A stretch of 64,000 nucleotides of DNA from Methanotrichaceae archaeon (GCA_963813075.1 CAWEXU010000004.1:64001-128000), one strand, 5' to 3'; numbered from the stretch's first letter, positions 20,323-32,109 are shown. Notes: generated from the sequence alone by a model not told the origin. Numbers and translations are program-made.

Positions 20323-21101
20323 CTTCTCACCATTTCTTTATCCTTGACTACCTTCCCGTCGATCATGCATATGAACTGATCGAGGGGGATATTCTTTCCC
20401 GATCTTTTCAAAGCCTCTTCGACCAGATTCATAAGATGAGAGCAGCAGGGAACCTCCATCCTGAGGACGGTTATGTCCCGGATCTCATTTGACTTGAGAA
20501 TCTCCGCCAATTTAGAGACGAAGGACTCGCCTGGGTCAAGCTTGGGGCAGCCGATGAGAACCACCCTCTTCCGGATGAACTCGGAGATGACCGGGCAGGC
20601 AAATGCCGAGCAGTCGGCAGCTATCAGCAGACTGGCGTCCTTGAAGTATGGTGCATCGGTGTGGGCCAGCCGCATCTGCACCGGCCAGCTGGAGAGCTGG
20701 GAGGAGGGGCCGAGCTTCTTCAGGTGCTGTCCCGGTCCCTCGCCTCTTCCCATCTGCGAAGCCTGTGGTCGGTGAATTGGGAGGGTCGCAGGGGGCTACT
20801 GGCCCCGATTCGCTCCCTCCTCTTCCGCCTTCTTCCCGGCGGGGCTGCTTCTCTCTGCTTTTGATTGCTGCTGCTCGGCTGCTGCCTTCTCATCGAAGGC
20901 TTCCGCCTCTCTTCGCTCTATGGTCAAAGCCCCGGTGGGACACTCGCCAATGCAGGCCCCCAGGCCGTCGCAAAACGATTCCCTAACCACCCGCGCTTTG
21001 CCGTCCTTCATTTCTATCGCGCCCTCTGAGCAGGCGATAACGCAGCTGCCGCAGCCATTGCAGAGGGACTCATCGATCTTGATGATATTTCTCTTTACCA
21101 T
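20319..21101 (-). CDS. 4Fe-4S ferredoxin-domain protein of the hcp cluster, frameshifted ~20790
   Basis: CNGCGSC..C and CDGLGACIGECP in 20796..21101; SQLSSWPVQ, ADC, GCPKLD, MEVPCC in 20319..20753. Confidence 0.82.
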
Positions 21102-21129
21102 TCCAACTCCCGATCAACAAATCCGAGAT

Positions 21130-22443
21130 CTACTCAGCCATCATCCTCTTGATATCCTCATCCGGGGTGCTGATCAGCCGGATGTCGTACTGGTCCACCA
21201 GGATCTTGAGCATATCATCATTGATCCATCCGGGGACGATGGGGCCCAACCAGATCCCTTTGATTCCCAATGCCAATAAGGACCAGAGAATGGCCACTGC
21301 CTTCTGCTCCATCCAGCTTACCACCAGGGTCAGGGGCAGGTCATTAACTCCCACTCCGAACAGGTCAGCCAGAGCTCCGGCCACCTCCAGGGCGACGATG
21401 GCATCGTTGCACTGGCCCAGGTCGATCAGGCGGGGAATGCCCTCGATATCCCCCAGATCCAGGTCATTGAAGCGGAACTTGCCGCAGGCTAAGGTGAGGA
21501 CCACTACGTCTTTGGGCAGCTTTTGCACGAACTCCCGGTAGTAGTCGGACTTCTTCAGGGGGGCATCGCAGCCTCCTACCAGGAAGAACCTCTTGATCTT
21601 GCCCTTCTCCACCAGCTCCTTGATCTTGGCGGCGTGCGAGAGCAGGACGGAGGTGGAAAAGCCGGTGGTCAGCTCATACTCTCCCGGAGCGTCTGGGAGC
21701 TCGGGCAGCTCTCGCGCTTTGGCTATCACCTCGGAGTAGTCGTATCCATCGATGTGCTTTACCCCTGGCAGGTAGACCGGCCCGGTGGAGAACATGCGGT
21801 CGATGTACTCCTCACGCGGAGGAAGGAAGCAGTTGGAGGTGCCGAATAGGGCCATGGGATACTGGGCGAAGAGCTTCTTTTGGTCAAACCAGGCTTTGCC
21901 CAGGTTGCCGGCCAGGTTCTTGTATTTCCGCAAGCCCGGATAGCCGTGGGCGGGGAGCATCTCCGAATGGGTGTAGACGAAGACATTCGTTCCCTCCACC
22001 TGCTGCAAGAGCTTATCCAGGGCGTTCATATCGTGGCCGGTGACCAGGATGCCGTGGCCCTTGACCGTTCCCGTCCTCACCTTGGTGGGCGTGGGCTCGC
22101 CGAACTTCTCGATGTGCGCCTTCTTGAGAAGCTTCATGGTCCGGATATTCATCTCCCCTGCTTTCACCGCTAAATTGAGGAACTCCGCGGGGTCGAAGTT
22201 CACATTGGTCAGGGTGGAGAAGAAACCCTTCTCTATGAATGCGTCCACCTCTGGATCAGTATAGCCCAGCTCCCGGGCATGATAGAGATAGGCGCTGATG
22301 CCCTTGATGGCGAAGAGCAGGTTATCCTGCAGCCGGGCGACGATCGGTTCCTTTCCACATACTCCCTTCATTGTGCAGCCGGTGCCCCGAGCGGTCTGGG
22401 AGCACTGGTAGCAGAACATGTCCAGTTTCTCAGTAGCTGCCAT
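21130..22443 (-). CDS. hcp: Hybrid-cluster protein (hydroxylamine reductase), short form
   Basis: [11 protein letters not shown]...[37 protein letters not shown]. Confidence 0.95.
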   Translation of the reverse strand: MAATEKLDMFCYQCSQTARGTGCTMKGVCGKEPIVARLQDNLLFAIKGISAYLYHARELGYTDPEVDAFIEKGFFSTLTNVNFDPAEFLNLAVKAGEMNIRTMKLLKKAHIEKFGEPTPTKVRTGTVKGHGILVTGHDMNALDKLLQQVEGTNVFVYTHSEMLPAHGYPGLRKYKNLAGNLGKAWFDQKKLFAQYPMALFGTSNCFLPPREEYIDRMFSTGPVYLPGVKHIDGYDYSEVIAKARELPELPDAPGEYELTTGFSTSVLLSHAAKIKELVEKGKIKRFFLVGGCDAPLKKSDYYREFVQKLPKDVVVLTLACGKFRFNDLDLGDIEGIPRLIDLGQCNDAIVALEVAGALADLFGVGVNDLPLTLVVSWMEQKAVAILWSLLALGIKGIWLGPIVPGWINDDMLKILVDQYDIRLISTPDEDIKRMMAE

Positions 22444-22464
22444 TTTTTATTTCCTCACAACCAG

Positions 22465-22487
22465 TATACTAATGATACCAAAGTATA
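22465..22487. promoter_or_regulatory. Inverted repeat TATACT-N11-AGTATA, probable operator
   Basis: Lies in the 72-bp gap between divergent hcp and the HxlR-family regulator. Confidence 0.55.
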
Positions 22488-22515
22488 TAACCTCGAACGT
22501 TTCCCTGAGTATACC

Positions 22516-22875
22516 ATGCAGGAAGGATGCACAGTAAACCAGACTGTGAAGTATATTGCCAGGAAATGGACCATGCTCATACTGCTGGAGCTGTACAAGG
22601 GAGAGGGGCACACCAGGCGGTTCTCTGAATTGAAGGCCTGCCTGGCAGGGATCACCCAGAAGATCCTATCCGTTCGGCTCAAGGAGCTGGAGCGAGAGGG
22701 GCTGGTGGAGAAGAAGATGGACAGCGCGGCCTTTCCCCTGAAGAGCGAGTACACCCTCACCGAGAGCGGCCTGGAGATGATCGAGGTCATCAAGAGCATA
22801 AAGCTGTGGGCCCTGCGCTGGAAGATAAAGAACATCGAGTGCGGCAGCCAGGATTGCGGGCAGTGCGTTCTGTGA
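22516..22875 (+). CDS. HxlR-family winged-helix regulator
   Basis: CTV...IARKWTMLIL, RRFSELK..L.GITQKILSVRLKELEREGLV, EYTLTESG. Confidence 0.9.
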   Translation: MQEGCTVNQTVKYIARKWTMLILLELYKGEGHTRRFSELKACLAGITQKILSVRLKELEREGLVEKKMDSAAFPLKSEYTLTESGLEMIEVIKSIKLWALRWKIKNIECGSQDCGQCVL

Positions 22876-23137
22876 GCTGCTGGGCTGTCCTGGGCGGGCT
22901 CAGTCGATCTTGACGGCAGCGAGTCTCTCTGGGATGAGACCTGAACTGCTCAATTTTAGTGATTGGGCTGGCACTAATTGGCAGATCATATTCGTCCTAA
23001 TAAATTCTCAGTACGGTTATTCCTGGGCAAGGACAAGGCTTTCATATGGACTCTCGTGCCGCGGGTCAAGTTCCTGGCAGCAAAAAAAATCTATTACCCT
23101 ATTCTACAGATAGTGATATTGAGAATGACGACAAAGG

Positions 23138-23275
23138 ATTTCTTAAGGAAAAAGCAGCAAAGAAAGGAATGGAGACGGCATTGCTGAGCGAATCTGTTTT
23201 GGCACGGGAATGGCTAGCCCAGAGGAGGACGAAGCTTGGAAGGATTTGTGAGAGGAGATGTGGTTGTCCTGCCTA
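23138..23275 (+). pseudogene. Decayed antitoxin C-terminus plus first codons of a PemK/MazF toxin
   Basis: FLKEKAAKKGMETALLSESVLAREWL/EEDEAWKDL* overlapping (L)EGFVRGDVVVLP, then homology is lost. Confidence 0.6.
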
Positions 23276-23498
23276 CTGCTAATTTTGCCATAGAAAGCTG
23301 CATCCAGACCTGAGTCCATCAAAGGTCAGGATCCGAGCATTCTCCCCCTCGTCCGCGCATGCCTTCGTACTCTCGCCCGTCCCCCCCTTTGCATTCGCTC
23401 AGGCGCACTGCATGCAGAAAAGCAATCCTTGAGAGATCAGCCAGAATGCGGTCAGAAGGCTTATATTGCTGTCCCACAATAATTTTGCGAGGCTTTTG

Positions 23499-23911
23499 AT
23501 GGACCTATCAGTAATTGCAGCGATGGCTTCCTCAGTGGTGGCTCCATACCTGGCTAAAGGAGGCGAAGCTTTTGCCAGCGAATTTGGCAAGAGCGCAGGC
23601 CAAAAGATTGTCGAGCTTGCAGATCTTGTCAAGAGCAGATTTAAGGGGGATAAAGATGCGGAGGCCATTTTCAGTCTGGCGGAAAAGGATCCTCAATCCA
23701 GGGCACGCGTGGCCTCGCTGGAGGAGGAGATAGGCAAGAAGATGAAGGAGGATCCCGATTTCGCCCGGAAGCTCGGCGCATTGATGGAGGAGGTACAAGA
23801 GACGAATCGGGAAAGGTCGTCATAAATGCGTTTTATCGAAGTGTAGCAGCGCAAAATATCACCGGAAGCACAATTTCCACCGGAGACTCCAATCCCTCCA
23901 GAGAAGATTAG
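23499..23911 (+). CDS. Small helical Bell/HeLo-like effector with C-terminal amyloid-like motif (1-nt frameshift ~23810)
   Basis: MDLSVIAAMASSVVAPYLAKGGEAFASEFGK...; adding one G to the run at 23809-23811 extends it to ...KVVINAFYRSVAAQNITGSTISTGDSNPSRED*. Confidence 0.75.
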
Positions 23912-23928
23912 CTGGCCGAGAACAGACA

Positions 23929-26900
23929 GTGACCTTCAGCCAAATAGAGCCTAAACGGAGCAGTGTGAACGAAAAGATAGAGGCCTCAGATCGCAGCGTA
24001 GCCGCATCTGAGATCATCAAGAGCATTATTACCACAGGCAATAACAGCCCTGTCTTCCTGGGCTACGAGCGGCTGCGAGACGCAGTTATCCAGCCCAGAT
24101 GAGGTCTTCAGGCGGGTTCACATCGAGTCTTTTGTGGGCCGCAGGTGGCTGATAGATCAGGTCGATTCCATTCTAAATGATGAGAATAACAGTTGCGGCT
24201 ATCTGGTGCTGGAGGCCCATGCCGGTCTTGGCAAGACTGCTTTTTTGGCCTGGCTGGTAAAAGAGCGAAACTATATTCACCACTTCGTCGAGCTGGCCCC
24301 GGGACAGGAGGGAATTGAAAAGGGCCTGAAGAACCTGGCCGCCCAGATCATCCTGGCGTATAAGCTCAGTGCAGATGAGGCGATACCAGATGCTGCTGGC
24401 AGACCTGATTATCTATACCGGCTGCTCTCCCAGGCAGCTGAGAAGCGAGGTCCAGGCGAGAGGATAGTGGTTGTGGTGGATGCCCTGGACGAGGCTGGCA
24501 CCCCGCCCAACCAGAACGTTCTAGGCCTGCCAAAAGTCCTGCCGGAGGGCGTGTTCTTCATCGTCTCCATGCGGCCGGTGCAGGTCACACTGCAGTCTGA
24601 CAGATCCATAACTCCCCGCTGGCCTCTGAAGATCCTCGCTGAAAGCCGTGAGAACCTGGATGACATGAAGAGCTTTCTGCAGGCCTCCGCCGCCTGGCCA
24701 AAGGTGAAGCAGGCACTGGATGAGAGCAGATACACTGCAGATGATTTCATCGATGCTTTAATGAAGAAGTCTGGAGGACTGTGGATCTATCTGCATTTTG
24801 TGATTCCAGAGATAGAGCGGGGGGAGAGATCGCCACTGGATCTGGATAAGCTTCCAGAAGGGCTGCAGGAGTACTATGCAGGTTACTGGGATCGATGGCG
24901 CAAAGCCGATAAATGGTATGAACTTTACCTGCCGATTCTTACCACGCTGGCCGCAGCCCAGGAGCCCAGCACGCTGGAGCGCATTCTGGATTGGGCAGGG
25001 ATAGTGGCTCCATGATGATGAAAAACAAAAATTGAGGAGAATTCTGAAGGAAGAGTGGCGTCCATTCCTGGCCATCTCTGGTGAGGGGAAGGAAGAGAAG
25101 TATCGTTTCTATCATGCCACAGTCAGAGAGTTCTTCGAGGGAAAGGTAAAACAGAACAGTCCTATGGCGACGGAAAATGATTTGATTATATGAGCTTTCC
25201 CAAGCTACTAAAGAACGGCACAGGATGATAGCAGAGCGCTATCTTGCTCGCTGGGGTGGTCTGGAGAAGGGGCTGCCAGATCTGGTGAATAAAAGAGATG
25301 AAGACGACGGCTATGGCCTGCGCCACCTGGCCGCCCACCTGGAAGCCTCAGGGCAGGATGATGAGCTTCATCGACTGTTGAAGCTGGAAACCAGCCAAGG
25401 AAGAAACCTCTGGTATGAGGCTAAGGAGGCTGGAGGCGATACGACTGGCTACATCAACGACGTCATGAGAGCCTGGCGGTTGGCTCGGGTGGGATATGAT
25501 CGAAAAGATATAAAGAGAACTGGCAAGCTCATCGCTCTTCAAAACAGGTATGCATTGATCTTTACGTCCATCAACAGCCTCTCGGGCAACATCCCATCTG
25601 AGCTTCTGCTGGCCCTGGTGGAAAACGACATCTGGTCTAAAGAGGAAGGACTGGCTCATGCCAGACATGTTCCGGATCCGTCCAAACGGTCGCGAGTTCT
25701 TGCAGAGTTATCATCACTAATGAATGAGCCCAAATTTATGGATGAAGCCCTCTTGAGGCCCAAGAGATCCAGAATTTGGAGGATTCTGCGGAACTCTAGC
25801 CGAGATTGTTCCTAAAATTCAGGACATAAATGACGGGCTGGCGATGGCCCGAGAAATCGATGGATGATTATTGCCGGGCCATAGCTCTAGCAGAGATTTC
25901 CCTTAGACTTCCGGAAGATCAGAAGATAAAGATCCTGGATGAGGCGCTGTTGAATGCCCGAGAAAGCAAGGATTGTTTTGGGCGCGCAGAAGATTCTTAT
26001 TGGCGTGCCATAGCTCTGGCTGAGATTGCCCCCAGACTTCCGGACGCTCAAAAGACAAAGATCCTGGATGAGGCGTTGTCAGCGGCCCAAGAAATCGTGG
26101 ATGACTGGTCACGAGCCATAGCTCTGTTTGAGATTGCTCGCAAACTTCAGGGTATAGATAAAGCGTTGGAGATAGCCCTAGAAATCCAGGATGATTATCG
26201 GCGTGCCATAGCTCTAGCTAAGATTGCTCCCAGACTTCCGGACGCTCAAAAGACAGAGATACTGATGGAGGCGTTTTTGGCAGCACTAGAAATCAAAGCC
26301 GATCGTTCGCGAGCCATAGTCATGGCCGAGATCGTTCCCAAACTTCACGATATAAATGATGCGCTGTCGATAGCCCGAGAAATCCAAGATGGTTATGGGC
26401 GTGCTAAAGTTCTGGCCGAGATTGCTCCCAGACTTCCGGACGCACAAAAGACAGAAGTACTGATGGAGGCGTTATCAGCAACCCGAGAAATCCAGGATGA
26501 TCAATCTCAAGCTATAGCTCAGGGAATGATTGGTTCCAAACTTAAGAATGCTGATGAAGCGCTGGCAATAGCCCAAATAATCCCAGGAATGATTATCGAC
26601 GTGACATAGTTCTGGCTGAGATTGCTCCCAGACTTCAGGGTATAGATGAAGCGTTGGAGATAGCCCTAAAAATCCAGGATGATTATCGGCGTGCCATAGC
26701 TCTAGCTAAGATTGCTCCCAGACTTCCTGATGCTCAAAAGACAAAGATCCTGGATGAAGCGTTGTCAGCGGCCCGAAAAATCAAGGGTGATTATTGGCGT
26801 GCTGAAGCTTTGGTCGAGATCGCTTCCAGACTTCCGGACGCCCAAAAAATAAAGATCCGGGAGGAAGCTTTGTCAGCAACCAATAAGATTCGTGATCCAC

Positions 26901-27125
26901 CTCGGTCTGCCATTGTGATACTTCCAACTGAAGAAGAAGCTGAAGAAGAGTCTATTTATTTATCCCATGGGCGCTTACTATCTGCGATCTATCAACTATG
27001 AAGCAGATCAGATTTTCTATCTGACCTGTCGTCTTTAGCCACCTCTAGTGGCCAGGCTGGGCGGCGATGAGGCATTGCTGGAGACAATACAGGCTATAAA
27101 AGACGTGGGAAGATGGTGGCCTTAA
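23929..27125 (+). CDS. NLR-like STAND/NACHT-type ATPase with N-terminal amyloid-like motif and C-terminal helical repeats; multiply frameshifted (errors or pseudogene)
   Basis: FVGRRW, Walker A AHAGLGKT, Walker B VVVVDALDE, LPEGL..YY, YRFYHATVREF, RAIALAEIAPRLP repeats, terminal DVGRWWP*. Pieces: 23929-24102, 24098-25015, ~25011-25193, 25225-25815, 25830-26609, 26654-27001, ~26990-27125. Confidence 0.8.
25860..26880 (+). repeat. Coding tandem repeats of about 30 and 36 aa
   Basis: Recurrent gccatagctct(a/g)gc..agattgctcccagacttccggacgc; segments ~26144-26260 and ~26632-26748 are nearly identical. Confidence 0.9.
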
Positions 27126-27365
27126 TTCTTGCCCAATATCTTCCTGACGGGGCTTTCTCTCTGTAATGCCCCCTTCTCAGATCCTTCTATCCTTCGATCT
27201 ATTGGCTGCAAGCAATATCCTGCGCCCTTTTTTTTGGGTATTCCCGCGAGTCGGCCTGCGGCCTCCCGCGCTAGCAGTCTGGCCCACTCCAGGCCGTGGC
27301 GGCCCCCCTGACCCCGCGTCCGCGGGGGACAAACTAAGAGACTTTGCCTTTTATTCTTATACGTA

Positions 27366-27697
27366 TTATTGAGATCGCAAGGATGAAATATCCTGTGGGC
27401 CAAACATCTCCCTTAATCTTCTTTGAACTTCCTCTAAGAGGTCATGATCGATCTCGCCAAACTCCCCTTCTAAGAGAGACTTATCCAGAGTTGCCAGTTT
27501 GTTCAACTTTATTACCGAATCTCTCTTCAATCCCGATCTCCTGAAGGTGGGCATCTGTCTGGCCAGAGGGACATCCTCAAGGATGCACGTTGATCTTTGA
27601 AGAATGAACGAAATAACATCGTCATGCTCATAGATCAAGACAGGCCTCACGCCTGGATCGTGAATGGAAAAGGAACGGCAACGATCTTGCCTATCAT
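27366..27697 (-). pseudogene. PemK/MazF-family toxin with disrupted N-terminus
   Basis: MIGKIVAVPFPFT..* then RPVLI...SGLKRDSVIKLNKLATLDKSLLEGEFGEI. Confidence 0.75.
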
Positions 27698-27813
27698 TTG
27701 TATCTGACTTTCAGGTCCTTAAGCGAGTAGATATCTGGCTCGTCTTCCAAGAACTTCTTCAAAGAGATCTCTTCCAGCTTCATTATCGCTGCCATTTCTT
27801 CTTCATCCGTCAT
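27694..27813 (-). CDS. Short antitoxin (or remnant) upstream of PemK toxin
   Basis: MTDEEEMAAIMKLEEISLKKFLEDEPDIYSLKDLKVRYK*, ATGA overlap with the toxin start. Confidence 0.6.
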   Translation of the reverse strand: MTDEEEMAAIMKLEEISLKKFLEDEPDIYSLKDLKVRYK

Positions 27814-28043
27814 ATCGCCTTCAAAGATGGTTATCCGGATCGATCCTGGAAAGCGACTGCATGGGCCTGTGGGCAACTGACGATCTGTCGGCTCGGGCGA
27901 TCTCCTCTGCGCCTTCTGCTAAATGGTTTTTCGTTTTTGCTTTTGATGTCCTCTTCATCCTGGCAGCCATTGGCGTTTTCATCTTGCATCTGCTAAATAC
28001 CTTTGGCAAGATCCAGCACATCATCTTCTGGATCGCCCTCCCC

Positions 28044-29412
28044 TCACCCCCTCAGCTCTCCTCTGGCCAATGAGAATACGGTGCCCACCAGGCACAGCCC
28101 GGCAAAGACCGCGAAGGCCATCTGGATGCTGCTCATGAGCATATCGATATTCTCGGGCGCGATCTCTACGTGGCCCATGATAATAGAGAAGATGAGCATG
28201 GCAACTCCCAGGCTGAGCGACTGGCCGATCAGCCGCATGGTGCTCACCATCCCCGATGCCACCCCGTAGTCCGCCGGGTGAACAGCGCTCATGATGGCAT
28301 TGGTGTTGGGCGAGGCAAAGAGGGCAAACCCCACGCCCATCAGGACCAGCCCTGCCAGGATGATCTCCAGAGGGGTCTGGGGAAGAAGACGGGCGAAGAG
28401 AGCCAGGCCCAGGACGCACAGCCCCATGCCAAGAGAGGCCACGATCCTGGGCTCAATGCTGTCCGAGAGCCTTCCCGCCAGGGGGGAGAGGGCGGTCTGC
28501 ACCGCCGGCTGGGCGATCAATATCAGGCCGGCTGCCTCCGGGCCGAAGCCCTTCAGATACTGCAGGTAAAGGCTGAGGAGAAATGCCACTGCTGCTGTGG
28601 CGCTGTAGTTGATCAGAGCGGCCAGATTCGAGAAGAGGAAGACCACATTATTGCGAAATAGGTCTCACCTTCAGCACCGGATTGGCGTTGCCGCTCTCCC
28701 AGCGGAAAAAGAGGATCATAGTCGCCCCGGAAAATAGAAGCAGTACGGCTCCCATTCTATCGGGAATGAGGGTCAGGCCATAGATGAGGGAAGAGAGCAT
28801 GGCAGTATAGAGCAGCGTTCCCGCAATGTCGAAGCTTTTCCCATTCTCCCCCTTCCACTCCCCCTTGATCTTCCACCTGGCGATGACCAGGGCCAGCAGG
28901 GAATAGACGGCAACGGCAAGATAGATGAACCTCCAGCCGGCGTATGCCGTGATGACTCCGCCCAGCAATGGTCCAGTGGAGAGGCCCAGGTATGCTGCCG
29001 CCACGTTGATCCCCAGCACCCGTCCCCTTTCCCGCAGGGGGAAGACGGAGGCGAGGATGGCAATGGAGGTGCCGAAGATCATGGCGCTGCCCACTCCCTC
29101 CACCATTCGGGAGGCGATGAGCATGTGCACCCCGGTGGAGATGCTGCAGAGCAGGGAGGATACGATGACCACCACCAGGCCCGCCAGAAAGACCCTTCGC
29201 CTGCCGTAGATATCGGCTATTCTGCCGAAAGGGACAATGAAAATGGCTGCCGAGAGCAGAAATGCGGTGACGATCCAGCCCAGGAGAGACTGATCAGGAA
29301 TGGAAAATTCGCTGTTGATGGCGGGAAGGGCAACGGTCACGGATGAGGTGAGAAAGGGGGTGATGAAGGAGGACATGCAGGCAGCAACCAGCACAGCCAT
29401 CTTGTCGTTCAT
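28044..29412 (-). CDS. MFS transporter (DHA2/EmrB-like), frameshifted ~28665
   Basis: GRIADIYGRRRVF motif A, ERGRVLG, WRFIY; removing one base gives LKVDLFRNNVVFLFSNL. Confidence 0.9.
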
Positions 29413-29552
29413 GGTAGGGCTGAGGTGGGCGGCATATGTTCATAAAGCCATCCCGATCCCTTGAATCCGATGCTCCTAATCCAGCCGATGAAAAAGAAAG
29501 CTGATCTTGATCCGGGTCATCGATCAAGCCAAAAGCTATCCTTGAGCCTCTC

Positions 29553-29810
29553 TCAGCCTCTTCCTTCCAGGATCTCCAGCCTCCTCTCCAAAGATCTGGT
29601 CCTCTCCATCAATTCGTTCAGCAGACCCTCAAGACGGGCGATCCTCTCCTCGTCCTGAGCAATCATTATCGGCCTGTTCAAAAGCTCCTCTTTATAATCC
29701 TCTAAAATCGGATTGTCCGAGTCTCGCAGAATTCCTCTCTTCCCTTCCTTCTCAAGCATTGCAAATGCACCTCCGGAGGGCAAATCATCAACTTGCCTTG
29801 AAGTAATCAT
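29553..29810 (-). CDS. Small coiled-coil hypothetical protein
   Basis: Heptad-like RIARLEGLLNELMERTRSLERRLEILE; start may be downstream. Confidence 0.55.
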   Translation of the reverse strand: MITSRQVDDLPSGGAFAMLEKEGKRGILRDSDNPILEDYKEELLNRPIMIAQDEERIARLEGLLNELMERTRSLERRLEILEGRG

Positions 29811-29846
29811 ATAGACGTTCTGCGAATATGCATCTTGCCCTCCGAT

Positions 29847-30998
29847 CTATCCCTTCTCATAGATCTTCTCTGCCATGTCGCAGATCCTCTCCCAGTCGTA
29901 GCCCCGTGCCAAATGCCGGCAGGGCGCACGCATCCTGCTGCTCTCTTGAAGAGCCAAAAGGAGCCCTTCTGCCAGATCCTCGGGCGCAGGCGGGCAGATG
30001 ATCCCGGTATTCTCTGTGACCAGATCCATCACCGCATTCATCCGGTGCTCGACCGTCACCACCGGCAGGCCGCAGGCATTGGCATCCAGGGCGGCCATGC
30101 CGAATCCCTCTCTGGTGGAGGGGGAGGCGAAGGCGCGGGAGGACTTCATCAGGGCCAGAGCATCATCATAGTTCTCCAAAAATCCGGAGAACTCGATATT
30201 TTTCTCCAGCCCCAGTTTCCCGGTAAGGGCTCTCAGCCTCTCTTTCTCCGGCCCGTCGCCGATGATCACCGCCCGCACATCCGGCAGATCTGACCTCATT
30301 ATGCCCACCGCCTGGATGAGGAGGTCGATGTTCTTATGGGCGGCCAGCCTCCCGGCAAAAACGATATCATACTGCTTCGGGGAGGGCGCTATCCCCTCGA
30401 TCTTCTGCCAGTCGAGGCCGTTGGGCACCACCTGCACCCCACTTGCACCCAGGCTCTCCAGGTCCCTGGCCGTCCTCCTGGATACTGCCAGGTTGCGATC
30501 GGTCAGCCGGGCAGCGACAAGTTCAGTGATCCGGCCCATCTCTCCCTTCCTTCCCAGGTACTGGTGCCAGTAGTCACCCCAGACCTCATGCCAGGTGATA
30601 AAGAGCTTCTGAGGCTCATGGTTTCTCTGCTTATTCCATCTGCTCGATAGATGTGCGGAAAAGCAGGACAGATATGGAAAGTTCTGGCAGTCGACCACCG
30701 CCTCTCTGGAAGGATGAGCGAGCAGACCGGCGGCGAAATAGACCGCCTCTCTGATCGATCTCTTCCCATTGACATAAAGGGGCCTGGGCGGGCATATGCC
30801 ATGAAGGCGAACCCCCTCTCTTTCAATCTCGTCCTCTCCCGGCCACCATTTCATGCCGTAGCAGTGGACGGCGTGCCCCCGCCCCGCCAGCCTGCGGGAG
30901 AGCTCATAAATCCTCTTCTCCGCTCCCCCTTTGACCCAGGGATAGACCGCATCGTACACATAGGCGATCTCCACCTCATTCGCCGTCCTGGTGCCCAT
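29847..30998 (-). CDS. Glycosyltransferase family 4
   Basis: [40 protein letters not shown]. Confidence 0.92.
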   Translation of the reverse strand: MGTRTANEVEIAYVYDAVYPWVKGGAEKRIYELSRRLAGRGHAVHCYGMKWWPGEDEIEREGVRLHGICPPRPLYVNGKRSIREAVYFAAGLLAHPSREAVVDCQNFPYLSCFSAHLSSRWNKQRNHEPQKLFITWHEVWGDYWHQYLGRKGEMGRITELVAARLTDRNLAVSRRTARDLESLGASGVQVVPNGLDWQKIEGIAPSPKQYDIVFAGRLAAHKNIDLLIQAVGIMRSDLPDVRAVIIGDGPEKERLRALTGKLGLEKNIEFSGFLENYDDALALMKSSRAFASPSTREGFGMAALDANACGLPVVTVEHRMNAVMDLVTENTGIICPPAPEDLAEGLLLALQESSRMRAPCRHLARGYDWERICDMAEKIYEKG

Positions 30999-32109
30999 GG
31001 TAAAGCAATAGCAGGCTGATGAACATCCCCGAGAATATGGTCTGAATTCCAAGAATGATGAGGATCATGGCCACCATGGCGTTCTGGGCGGCGTCTAATG
31101 CCCCAAATCCCGCTCCCTTCCACCTTATCAGAACCCCGAGACCGATGACGATTCCCGCTGCCAGCAGAGCCAGCCCGATTAAAAGCTCCTTTTCCAGGGA
31201 ATGGTAGCTGATCAGCTTTTTCATTCCGCTCGACCTGGACAGGCCCCAGGCAGCCCCAAAAGCTCTGAAATGCAGCCCGGCAAGAAGCATCTGATAGCCG
31301 ATGATCAGAAGCAATCCCCCCAGGATCAGGGAATGCATCCTCGAGCCCCCCTCCAGATAAACCGCCACTGCCAGGACCAGGCCGAAGAGGAGGGCCACAC
31401 CACCCGGGACGAGCAGAAAGGGCCCCGGCCGGTAGAGCATCATGAACCGCATATGCCTCCAGCCATCGGTGAACGAATTCAGCTTGGAGCTCCCCTGGCG
31501 GGGATAGTAGTTGATGGGGACCTCAGCAATCCTCAGACCGCGGGATGCAGCCTCGATCACCATCTCCGAGGCGAACTCCATCCCTCCTGACCTGAGGTTC
31601 AGCTTATTCAGAGCATCGCGGGTCATGCCGCGCAGACCGCAATGGGCATCGGAGATCCCGGCGGAGAAGAGCCGGTTTAAAATCCAGGTCAAAATGGGGT
31701 TTCCCACATAACGGTGAAGGGCGGGCATCGCCCCGGGGATTATCCTGCCCTTCAGCCTCGATCCCATGACCATGTCATACTCGCCCGTCTCCAGGCAGGG
31801 CAGCATATCCAAAATGGCCTCCGGGTCATAGGTGAGGTCCCCGTCCATGAGAAAGATATAGTCCCCCTGAGCCTCCTGGAAACCCAATAGATATGCATTG
31901 CCATACCCCAGCCTCTGGGGGAATACAACCCGAGCCCCGCAGGAGGCAGCTATATCCGCCGTCTGGTCGGTGGAGCTGTCAGCGACAATTATCTCTCCCT
32001 CCAGGCCCGCCTTCTTGAAGACCTCCTGAGCTTTATGGATGCACTGGCATATGGTTTCCGACTCGTTTCTGGTGGGGATGATCAGGCTTATCCGGGGCAC
32101 AATTTCCAT
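30976..32109 (-). CDS. Glycosyltransferase family 2 (DPM1-like) with C-terminal TM helices
   Basis: [36 protein letters not shown]. Confidence 0.92.
   Translation of the reverse strand: MEIVPRISLIIPTRNESETICQCIHKAQEVFKKAGLEGEIIVADSSTDQTADIAASCGARVVFPQRLGYGNAYLLGFQEAQGDYIFLMDGDLTYDPEAILDMLPCLETGEYDMVMGSRLKGRIIPGAMPALHRYVGNPILTWILNRLFSAGISDAHCGLRGMTRDALNKLNLRSGGMEFASEMVIEAASRGLRIAEVPINYYPRQGSSKLNSFTDGWRHMRFMMLYRPGPFLLVPGGVALLFGLVLAVAVYLEGGSRMHSLILGGLLLIIGYQMLLAGLHFRAFGAAWGLSRSSGMKKLISYHSLEKELLIGLALLAAGIVIGLGVLIRWKGAGFGALDAAQNAMVAMILIILGIQTIFSGMFISLLLLYHGHQDGE

Noticed and set aside
25860..26880. CRISPR array or DGR template/variable repeats
   Set aside because: Repeats are in-frame coding units without unique spacers; differences are not adenine-specific and no reverse transcriptase is present.
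27305..27335. Type I-E CRISPR-repeat-like palindrome
   Set aside because: Single copy, no spacers, no cas genes in the window.
28646..28650. Stop-codon readthrough (Pyl/Sec) in split genes
   Set aside because: The split halves examined are in different frames, so these are indels, not in-frame TAG/TGA.
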